This document shows positions 11,317-20,357 of a DNA stretch of 34,337 nt, piece by piece. The stretch lies in NCBI GenBank assembly GCA_032718475.1, contig JAUCBJ010006794.1:1-34337 (forward strand), read 5' to 3'. The notes beneath the pieces were generated by a model that saw only the letters and a list, made by a program, of their open reading frames with translations, ran no database searches and was not told the origin of the DNA. The stretch's first letter is position 1. The number at the start of each line of letters is the position of its first letter. A program made the translations under genes and the position numbers. The DNA is from Nemertoderma westbladi (Eukaryota; Animalia; Xenacoelomorpha).

Positions 11317-11420
11317 CGGACTCGTGAGAGTCCGGGGGCACGTTAAAATGGGGCGGTAAGTGCAAGGGAGATACTGAAGGCCCTCGTGTCTAGCGAACCA
11401 TGAATTGACATGGTGCCGTG
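11317..11420 (+). promoter_or_regulatory. PPT-like tract, ~70-bp LTR-like segment and tRNA-His PBS-like site
   Basis: gagagtccgggggca (11326-11340), then cgttaa...ttgaca (11341-11410), then TGGTGCCGTG (11411-11420), complementary to the tRNA-His 3' end for 10 nt. A 7-bp stem with a GTGA tetraloop lies at 11317-11334. Confidence 0.4.
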
Positions 11421-12950
11421 GTACAGTCTAGTCGGCCTGTTGCCGTACTGCCAGTCCTGTACACAGTAGGGGTGGTGGCATAGTGTGATCTGTGGTTTGT
11501 GTGTGGACGATCAGTGGCAGTTTGCTTGAGCTTTCTGTTGCTGTGGGTACGTGGTATATGTGAGTGTATGTATGGCCACTGCGAGTGAGTATGGGAACCC
11601 TTGCCGGTTGGTTTAGTCGCCGCTGGTATTAGTAGGACCATATCTTTACTGCGCCCCAGCATACTTTGTGCACACAAAGTTATTTTGCCCTGACGGCAAA
11701 ATAAGGTACTCTCGACTCTTTTATTAGTCGATACAATTTTGTCCCCTCTGATTTTGTCACCGATTTTGTCTTTCCCGATTATGTCCTCTGTGTGTGCATG
11801 GTATGTGTCCGATTTTGTGTTTACCTTTTGTGTACTTGATTATCGAACATCTGTTGAGTACACGTGTACAGTGACTGGTAAGTGGTGACTTGTTCAGTAG
11901 CTTTTTAGCTACAGACAGTATTGCCTTTTCAAATACTGCCGGCGAGGCGGGTGAAAACGGTCAATATTCCATGTTGGGTAGCGCAAGCCCACTTGGGACA
12001 AGACCGTCGGTTTGGCTCAAGGGCGACCTTGATCCTCGATCGCTATCGACTGGTCCACCCGCCGGTTGACTCTCTGAGTTGGCTCAATGTACAGTCAGGC
12101 CACAGTAAGTTAACAGTAGGCGATCATTGGCGTGGATCGGCTACATCGACGAGCTGTGCCGGTGTGATCGGGGGATTGAAAATTGAACCCGGGAAGCATC
12201 GGGCTACCCTCCGGCCCAGTCTGATAAAAACGGAGTCGGACTGGCCCCAGGGGTGGTGGGACAGCGTCCACCTCATGGGTGCGCCTCGGAGTCATCAGAG
12301 AGGAGCCCAGAAGGACGCAAGCGCGTTTATGTTTACTGGAAAGAGACCGAGAACTCTCCGGAAACTATGGAAGGCAAGACACTCTTCCCACGACCACCTC
12401 CCTAATTCCTCAAACATCTAGGGACTCCCCAACGTGATACGTCTGGAGTGGGTGCATGACTATATTATTCTATCTATTTTTATTATATTTTATATGCGAA
12501 CGTTATTATGTACTTTATTATAATCGTTTTATTTAATTTTATTTAGTAGAATGTTATTTTAGATTATTTAGTAGGTTAGTGCAATATATTAGTGTTTATT
12601 ACGTAATTACACATAATATATATTTAATATGACGGCGAGAAATAATTCTTTCTTTTTCCTTACTGTCCGTATTATATTATAAATACGAGACTACATGTAA
12701 GATGACATGTCAGTACTTATTAAAGTACAATAAAGCTCCTACTATATTTAAGTATTATCGGTAGGCAGAGTATTAGGAATGCAAAGTTCAGATCCTCGTG
12801 TCTCGGCTAAACCAAGCTCTGGGTAGACCTTGGAAACGACTTGCCTCTTCACACTGACATTGCTTCGTGCGATATTGCTCTTCTACTTTATATTAAATAA
12901 TACATATAGTAGCGTGATGTCCCTATAACAGTAGCGTAAAACGCAAATAA

Positions 12951-13252
12951 ATCTGTTAAACCTTTTGACCATCTGTAATTTTAGTCGATTAAGATATCGC
13001 GGCACCCACCGATATACTTGAAAGACAAATTCTAGAATCAGTGGTTAACGTCCCCAGACAAGTTCTGGAATAAATCGGTGCCCATCTTAAATATTAATTT
13101 AATATTTATTAAAATCTGTAAAATTCAGATCCTTTAAAATTTCTAGTCAATTAAGATATCGCAGCGCTTACCGATACTCTTAAAAGACAATTTTATAGAA
13201 TTAAGGATCCTAGGTCCCCAGACATGCTCTGGAATAAAATTGTGTCAATTTT
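12951..13252. repeat. Degenerate tandem duplication, two ~160-bp units
   Basis: tagtcRattaagatatcgc...accgata...aaagacaa...tagaat...gtccccagaca..tctggaataaa occurs at about 12980-13075 and 13143-13240. Confidence 0.75.
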
Positions 13253-14056
13253 ACCATCAAATAATAAAATTCACGGGAATAAATTTAAATTCATATCTTA
13301 AATGAATTTCATAAATTGTCATTTTGTGCAATTTATAACATTCCCAAAATTCCATTAATTAATAGATCATGGGAGCGGAGATTCATCCTATTGAGCGTAT
13401 TAGAGTGCGAGAATCTCCAACATATAGTCAATAGCCGATAAAATTAATAAAATCATGTATAAAGAGGATATTGACAATTAAAGAATTACTATTAAATAGC
13501 ATTCCAGATCTGTATGCATGAGAATTACCCTAATTCTACCGCTAGCTTTCCATAATGTCACCATAGCAACACCCACGCTAGAATTAGAAGCAGGATAAAA
13601 GAACAATAGAAAGCTTGTCCCATTGCATAGCATAGAGAATACATAGCACATGGTTAGTATCCAAGGATACACAGTAATAACGTGACATTCTGGAAGGCAC
13701 TGACTAACGGACAAATGGCCTGTATGTGTACAATTGGTGACAGTTGTGTGGAATTTGTGCGTTTATAGGTGAATGTTACTGCTAAAGTATGTTTACAGTA
13801 GCTAGTCGCAATTGTGAAAGTAGCCCAACTCTCCTATAGAAAGAACCTAAAGTGGATCCAAGCCTTTGGGACGGACAGTGGAGTGACTTGTTCCGGTTAT
13901 CATTGTCGTGCTGTTGCTACATGTTGGCGTAAACACCGCGACGACGGTACATCGGCGCTGAGAATCCCACTGTCCGGGGGCAAAGAGAGGTAGGCAGCGA
14001 CGCCCGCTCGCCTAAACATAAACTCATTACAATATTAATAAACTCAGATAGCAGAT

Positions 14057-15991
14057 ATGACGGAGTTGATAGAAGATGATCTTGGTATCAGGGAGCGATA
14101 TACTCTACCTTTACAAGCATTTGTGGATAGCTTGATACGCGGTGAAGCCGATCCAACCATTACGGAGGACGATGGTCGTTATATCGAACCGCCGATGTCC
14201 CAAGAGCAACTTACGCGTGAATTGGACTATCGAAAATTCACCGCTCGCTATACGCATCGTAATGGCACGTATATGGACTTCTTAACTACCGGCCATCCTA
14301 TCGATTTACATGATACGGACGATGTAGACACCGAAAGGGAAAGGGTTCTATTTAAATATCATACCCAGCGGAGTCGTAACGATAAACCGAGAATAGAACA
14401 CGAAAATTCTATTCGTAACAGACTGGAAAGAGAAAACGTTGAAGAACCGGATAAACGCATCGACTTCAACGACTACCTGGAATTTTTGAGAGAAACCTAT
14501 CTCAACATCGCCAGTCAGCAGAACCTAGAGACTCGATATCCTCAAGGTATACATCATGACCCTATGGTAGAACTCAAACGGCTCTATTTCACTATGATGT
14601 ATCTTACCACCGATCGTCCACTACCTGTTATCCCGGATAGTTTTGAACAAATGGAAGAATATTGCAAAACTGGAGAACGATCACCCGCGTTTCCTCTACA
14701 GGACGTACGTCTTTGGTATTATTGTGACGAATGCCCTAGACCCAACCAACAAACTGAAAGACATAAACATCCGCGGAGACGTTGCGCTAAACACAGCTTT
14801 ACGCGTTATACTTACGGGAGTTTCGAGCGAAACCTGTTCGACGTATCACCTACGATCGCTCGTCTTAAACAATCACTAAATAAACCCATGATCAGAGTTC
14901 CGGAATACTTGGTCAGGCCTCCTCATTCCCTAGTGAGACCTCAAACTCTTGATCCTAACATTATCACTGATCCTCCCGAACTATATTCCCTGTTCAAAGA
15001 TTTAGTGTTACCCGAACAATTAATCGGTGGTGCTCCGGTAGTGGGTTCGTTAGACATTCGCCCATCCTACTTAGCCGGATTGGGACGCGGGCATCTAATA
15101 TCACCATTTGATCCTTACAATCGTCCAGGATTAAACCCGATGCAACCCGCCACGGAAGTCGAGGAGAGCGTTATAAGAAACGCTTTAGACGCTATTCGAC
15201 AGAAGATCGGAAAGGGAACACAAGATTGTTTAGAGAAACGTAAATTACAACAACAAGTCCAATCGGTGAAGGAGTTAGCCTTGCCACAGTTCGATAGAGA
15301 AATCCAAAACCTCGAGGAGGACATCGAGCTTGGACGCACGTATTCTCTACAAGAGTTTCTAGATGAACGCTTACAGAGACAAGCGGAGGAAAATCTACTC
15401 GAGGAGAAACACACTAAATTGGATGAGAGAGAAGAAGCCGCTTTAGCCCAACCCGAAGCTCAAATCCTTATGACAGATCTCTACTCTAAAACCGTCCGTC
15501 ATCCCTCGATGGTTCCACATTTCGGAGACAAACTCTTCGCGACGATACAACCCCAACTGGTTGATATCAGTACAGGATCGCAAAATCTTATCGCTGACGC
15601 CCCTATGTTACAGCGTCCGCCAATCGAGGCTGCTCGTGTTGACGGTATACTCGTTGAACCTCCGGACAATCGAGCGGATCTTGTCCGTCATATGGTACAC
15701 GATGTCAACATACGCGCTAGACCTTTACAGAACTCGTTTTATGGGATTAAAGACCACCCTTATTATGTTAATCTGACTCAATATTATATGGTAAAACCAG
15801 AAGACCCGACGCATAATTTAAAGTTTCTACCACTAATAAATCCTCTAGACGTTGTCGAACTCGAACAATTGCAGAAACATCTGGATCAGTTAGTAAAGGT
15901 AAACTCATTCAGAAAACCATATAACATTTCTCGAATCGAGAAGGATATAGAACTCCTTATAATCTCGATGGATTTATTAAAACTCGATTAG
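14057..15991 (+). CDS. Uncharacterised 644-aa protein (Cys/His cluster, coiled coil); probably the N-terminal half of a ~1,417-aa frameshifted ORF
   Basis: Long ATG-initiated intronless ORF with CDEC-x9-HKH-x4-CAKH and an E/Q/L/K-rich helical stretch (LEKRKLQQQV...LDEREEAALAQ). It overlaps the next ORF by 67 nt. No family recognised. Confidence 0.7.
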   Translation: MTELIEDDLGIRERYTLPLQAFVDSLIRGEADPTITEDDGRYIEPPMSQEQLTRELDYRKFTARYTHRNGTYMDFLTTGHPIDLHDTDDVDTERERVLFKYHTQRSRNDKPRIEHENSIRNRLERENVEEPDKRIDFNDYLEFLRETYLNIASQQNLETRYPQGIHHDPMVELKRLYFTMMYLTTDRPLPVIPDSFEQMEEYCKTGERSPAFPLQDVRLWYYCDECPRPNQQTERHKHPRRRCAKHSFTRYTYGSFERNLFDVSPTIARLKQSLNKPMIRVPEYLVRPPHSLVRPQTLDPNIITDPPELYSLFKDLVLPEQLIGGAPVVGSLDIRPSYLAGLGRGHLISPFDPYNRPGLNPMQPATEVEESVIRNALDAIRQKIGKGTQDCLEKRKLQQQVQSVKELALPQFDREIQNLEEDIELGRTYSLQEFLDERLQRQAEENLLEEKHTKLDEREEAALAQPEAQILMTDLYSKTVRHPSMVPHFGDKLFATIQPQLVDISTGSQNLIADAPMLQRPPIEAARVDGILVEPPDNRADLVRHMVHDVNIRARPLQNSFYGIKDHPYYVNLTQYYMVKPEDPTHNLKFLPLINPLDVVELEQLQKHLDQLVKVNSFRKPYNISRIEKDIELLIISMDLLKLD

Positions 15992-16047
15992 TCCATTGGA
16001 ATCTAGATGTATTATTTGAAGAAGAGAAAATACAAAGATATGGAAAT

Positions 16048-18309
16048 GTGGAGACGTATACCACTCGGCACATGAAGTATAGTGATCTCCCTGACGCTAA
16101 CAAATGCGCCACCTTGTGGCATCCAGTAGGGATGACCCTAGAGAACGCCACCAAAGAGTGGAATGAAACTCTTAATGTCATTGAGATGTATGGAGTTGTC
16201 ACCTATGATAATGAAGGTAGCGTTCCGGTCGGAGAACTAGGAACTACGCGCATGATCCACATACGCGGATTAGCTGGTTCTACCCACGTGTTTACTCGAG
16301 CGTGTTCCGACGTGATTGATTATTCCTTTGAAACTCTCACCGAAACGCAAAAGAATCTCCGACATGGACAATTCGAACTCGCGCAGCGTTACGTCATTGA
16401 CACCGAACGCAAACCGGCCATGGGTATCGATGGATTGATGTTACCCCAGCCCGTACTCGAGATGTTGTTCAACGAAAGAATCCTTAAAATCGGCTCAGCT
16501 GTTTATGGAGATCTCCAAAACGACTTTCGGAATATGGAAAATATCCCATATCCTTTCGTGGATGCGCAGCTGATTGCTCCATGGGCAGAAGGTCGAGGTT
16601 TCTTCCGCACCATGTATGCTAATACATCCAGCAACATTACAAAGGTGCAACGAACTTCCATCGGACATCTTGCCTTTCAGGAATACGGATGGAATTTCAA
16701 AGTCGGAAATCCCATCAACTATCAACAAGTATACGGAGACCATTATTCTCGATTATACTTTGACGGACCATTGACCGCACCTGGCGCCATGTATAGCTTC
16801 ATGAGTGTTCCACTCCGTCCCTCCTTAGCTATCTACACGATCTTTGAAAACACCGCACTTTCCGGTTGGCTAGCCGATGTGTGCAGTCGTACTATACGCG
16901 CCCATCCATTAATACTTGGGACCAAACTCGCTAAGCTAGATGAACATAATAAATTCATCCGCTTCGAATGTTTCCGGCGATTTTTAACCCCGTTCCGCAA
17001 TGTGGATAGCCAATTTAAAGACCGCGCTTTGACCAAGCTCAGCCTAAGAAACTCAGCTGCAGAGAAGTTAGATAGTGCTGGATTTGCTATTTTCAAAGAG
17101 ATTTGTATATCGAACTTGCACTCCTCTGTTATACAAAGACCTCGAATCCCCACAGGTTATTCTGTCGTGGAAATTCAGACAATAGGTCCACTTGAAGAGA
17201 CAGACACGCCCACCTCAGCTATGCACTGGGAAGACGAACCAATATGCCTAGAATCTGAGGAGATTCAGCCTATCGCGCCCCGGAACAGCGACAACGATTA
17301 CATCCTAGAATGGTATCAAGGTCCACAGTGTCTCACTGCGTACGATTATCGCCATGCCAACTATGTTTCTCGGCAACGTTGTCGGTTGTGCGCATCGAGA
17401 GACCATGTTACGCCCATAGACACAAAAGTCCGCTGTTCCTATTTCCAAGAACAACCGGCGATGGAAATTTATTGCACATATTGCAGACTCAATAACTTGC
17501 ATATTTTTGCGGTTTGCCCTCAATTTATGACTCAATGTCACCATTGTCAACTAAAGGGACACGCCAGTTTCGATTGCCCTTTTAATCACGATTTGGAAAG
17601 CGTAGATGAAATGATCACACTACGTTACATCAGAGCTTGGGAAGCGAACGCTGATTTACATTGTGATTCGCGCCATCGCTATTATCCTGGACGCGCTTAC
17701 GAAGGAGTTTATGCATTCCATCCTTATCTATTCGCTTCTGTCGAACAGAAATCACGCATATCGAGTTACGAACTACTGAAGCGCATCGGAGAATGTATTT
17801 CAACCAAATTCGTACGCAAATTTCTCAGGAGTGTTAATCCTAGCGACCTTCATTCCTATAACTTAATCAATTTTATCCGTCAGGATCCGGACTATGGAGA
17901 CTTATTTGTTAACTCACACCCCGAGTTACAGGAAGTATATCGACGGCCTTACGAATACCGAGCCCGCGAACGCGAGTTGGAAAGAACCATTAAACCCAGG
18001 AAGTTTCTGACTGCCTATGGTCCACCCACGGCTCTCGTTCAGACCACTCGTAAAGGACCCGTAAGAGCGGCCGTCCTAAAACGTGCTCTAAAGGCCGTTA
18101 GACCCCTCTCCCCCGACGTTGATGTCAACCAACCCGGCACTTCGACCGGCGGATACACCTACCATAATCCTACACCCTCTGATGCAATCATATTGCACCC
18201 TTCACCCAGGAGTTATAGCCCTCCTTGTAAAGTGGCTCGCCCCAAAGAGAAAAAGACTCTGGCCAGCTTTAAAAAACTGCGTAAACGCCGTCCGCGCAAG
18301 AAAGACTAA
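16048..18309 (+). CDS. DEDDy (WRN/RNase D/EXD-like) 3'-5' exonuclease with three CCHC zinc knuckles and a basic NLS-like tail
   Basis: ExoI VVTYDNEG (D at 16207, E at 16213). ExoII LPQPVLEMLFNERILKIGSAVYGD (D at 16510), then FVDAQLIA and SIGHLAFQEYG. ExoIII PLRPSLAIYTIFE (Y at 16834, E in place of D at 16846). Knuckles CRLCASRDH..C, CTYCRLNNLHIFAVC and the canonical CHHCQLKGHASFDC (17380-17577). Ends KKLRKRRPRKKD. Frame open from 15925; first ATG at 16072. Confidence 0.75.
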   Translation: METYTTRHMKYSDLPDANKCATLWHPVGMTLENATKEWNETLNVIEMYGVVTYDNEGSVPVGELGTTRMIHIRGLAGSTHVFTRACSDVIDYSFETLTETQKNLRHGQFELAQRYVIDTERKPAMGIDGLMLPQPVLEMLFNERILKIGSAVYGDLQNDFRNMENIPYPFVDAQLIAPWAEGRGFFRTMYANTSSNITKVQRTSIGHLAFQEYGWNFKVGNPINYQQVYGDHYSRLYFDGPLTAPGAMYSFMSVPLRPSLAIYTIFENTALSGWLADVCSRTIRAHPLILGTKLAKLDEHNKFIRFECFRRFLTPFRNVDSQFKDRALTKLSLRNSAAEKLDSAGFAIFKEICISNLHSSVIQRPRIPTGYSVVEIQTIGPLEETDTPTSAMHWEDEPICLESEEIQPIAPRNSDNDYILEWYQGPQCLTAYDYRHANYVSRQRCRLCASRDHVTPIDTKVRCSYFQEQPAMEIYCTYCRLNNLHIFAVCPQFMTQCHHCQLKGHASFDCPFNHDLESVDEMITLRYIRAWEANADLHCDSRHRYYPGRAYEGVYAFHPYLFASVEQKSRISSYELLKRIGECISTKFVRKFLRSVNPSDLHSYNLINFIRQDPDYGDLFVNSHPELQEVYRRPYEYRARERELERTIKPRKFLTAYGPPTALVQTTRKGPVRAAVLKRALKAVRPLSPDVDVNQPGTSTGGYTYHNPTPSDAIILHPSPRSYSPPCKVARPKEKKTLASFKKLRKRRPRKKD

Positions 18310-19058
18310 CTGTTTAGAGTATTTACGTATATTAGAAACTGTGATTTTGTGTATTTATAGACTTGAATCCCATTTTCTGGGAGCGGTGTAAAAGCTTTTG
18401 CGGGCATAATCTTTCCCCTTGCCCGCAAAGTACCGTGTGGCTGTTTTAACGGACATAAAAGTTGTTCTTCTATATGTGTGCTTTGGAGGACATGGCAAGA
18501 CACAAAACCCGCAATGCGTCAAATCCTCTAGCACAGTGTAGCCTTGATGATTCAGATTACGACATCTAACAGCTGGTTGCTGGCATGGAAACGGCCGTTG
18601 GACACATGGTTCTTTGTTCAGCTCAACAGCCAATCAGAGCGATTTTTACTTCAGATGTGGAGATATTCTACAGATCATACTAGGTGTGTTCAGTCTTAGA
18701 GTTATAGTTTTGTTGTTTCTATCTAGGCCAAGAACACCGGCTCTGGAGTCAATTTTGTTTCAGACTTTAGAAGAAACATTAGTAGGCTTAGATTATAGAA
18801 CGTATAACTGTTATCTTAACAACCCAATCACTTCTTGCATTATCGGTTCAGTGCACGGTGCAAGTCACTGCAACATACATTATTATACTTTTTTTTTTTT
18901 TTTTTTTCTATTAATGGTGATATATTTTCGCAAAAACGCACTAAATGATCAATAGCATATTGCATGCAGTACAGATGGTAACAACTCCATTACACAGTTA
19001 CAATGAGCAATAATTATGTAATATACCATACCAGTCCCCGCATAATCGATCAAACACT

Positions 19059-20357
19059 CTAAGCAAAGCCCCCTGGTATCCCGGCGCCGTCCTCAAGCCC
19101 CAAACCACTTCGCCATCTCACCCGCGACCCTCGCAGGCAATGGGAAGTGCCGCGGATTATCGCGAACGATATGCGTGCGCGCACCCACCCCATTACCGAA
19201 CTGTATGGTTTCCCCCAGTTGGTGTGTCGGCGGTCTGCGATGATTCGCAACAGCTTATTGGCCTGCGGTGCCAGTATGCCGTCGCATGAGGCGACGAAAG
19301 GGGAGAAATCACCTCGGCGGGTGGAAACTGCGGCTGTATATAAGCGTTTCTTCTCCTCTTCCGCCGACTCCAATACCGACCTCATGGAGCGCCCAGCATA
19401 AGACACGGCGTCAAGGTTAATTGTACGTATGTCAATCAACGCCTGTGTCTGGGTACTGAACGCTCCCCTAATGCCGACATCGCATCGCAGACCAGCCCCG
19501 TCGCCATCCTCGTGCTGCTCGCGGACCACTGGCTCGAGCATAACGTTTCGCGGTCCGAATGCCAGGGCCGCGAGGTCACCGACTGCGTCGCAGAGCTCGT
19601 TGTGACGCTGAATCACTAGACCACCCTTCTTACAATTCAACCCGTGGTTGAGATCAAACCCAGCTCCACAACCGTCGCATCTGCAAGGGACACCTACGAG
19701 GGGTCTACCATACCGGACAGCCACAGCGTCCCTAAACTCCCGGGGTGAGAGGTCAAACTGGTGTTCGGCTACCGGAAGAGAGGATAGCCAGCCACCGGTC
19801 CTGAACTCCGCCGCCCGTTGGACAGCGACACGCTGGTGCTCCACCATTCCTTCCAACGCTTCCTCCTGCTGGGCTTTCTCCATACCCTGCCTCTCTTTCC
19901 GAGATGTCATGCGCGCTCCCTCCATGCACTTCAGGTGGGTGGCTAAGGAGAATGGCTCCTTCCCGGCGATCGCGTTCACCAGCGACTGTGTCCCAAGTTC
20001 TGATACAGCAAAGTTGGTATCGGCCTCGTTAACCGGGTTCCGCAACCCCAGACCACCCATTCGCGGAGACAGGGCAAACAACTTGAGTTCTGGTTGCGAA
20101 ATTCGCCCATCGAAGACTGCCGGCAGGAACCTATCGCTGATCGCTTCCTCTAGCACATCGAACTGACTGCTGCAGTCTGGGACAACGCGTTGGAGGTATG
20201 CCCACTCCCATTGGAGTGAGCAAACTACGGCTGAGAAAGCAGCGTGGGGTTGGGCCTCCGCCACCTCGGCCATCTTGTCAACTGAGGCTACCCAGGATGC
20301 GATTTTGGCGCCGACATACTTCACACACTCCGACTCGCTACCAATAAACCGCCTCAA
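19059..20357 (-). CDS. C-terminal part of CRE-like polyprotein: post-RT region, CCHC finger and PD-(D/E)xK restriction-like endonuclease
   Basis: FIGSE...W...AEAQPHAAF...EWAYLQRVVP, RMGGLGL, GGWLSSLP...LSPREFRDA, CDGCG...HGLNCKKGGLVIQRHNELCD, LRCDVGIRG, IDIR, EEEKKRLY, FSPFV, WVRARISFAIIRG. Confidence 0.85.
   Translation of the reverse strand: MRRFIGSESECVKYVGAKIASWVASVDKMAEVAEAQPHAAFSAVVCSLQWEWAYLQRVVPDCSSQFDVLEEAISDRFLPAVFDGRISQPELKLFALSPRMGGLGLRNPVNEADTNFAVSELGTQSLVNAIAGKEPFSLATHLKCMEGARMTSRKERQGMEKAQQEEALEGMVEHQRVAVQRAAEFRTGGWLSSLPVAEHQFDLSPREFRDAVAVRYGRPLVGVPCRCDGCGAGFDLNHGLNCKKGGLVIQRHNELCDAVGDLAALAFGPRNVMLEPVVREQHEDGDGAGLRCDVGIRGAFSTQTQALIDIRTINLDAVSYAGRSMRSVLESAEEEKKRLYTAAVSTRRGDFSPFVASCDGILAPQANKLLRIIADRRHTNWGKPYSSVMGWVRARISFAIIRGTSHCLRGSRVRWRSGLGLEDGAGIPGGFA

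Noticed and set aside
11921-12421. 166-aa ORF downstream of BEL pol as an env-like gene
   Set aside because: TTG start, no signal peptide or transmembrane segment and no recognisable motif; likely a chance ORF in LTR/leader sequence.
13735-13752. TGGTGACAG as a tRNA-Leu PBS defining an LTR end at 13732
   Set aside because: Only about 9 nt match, and there is no second LTR copy in the window to support it.
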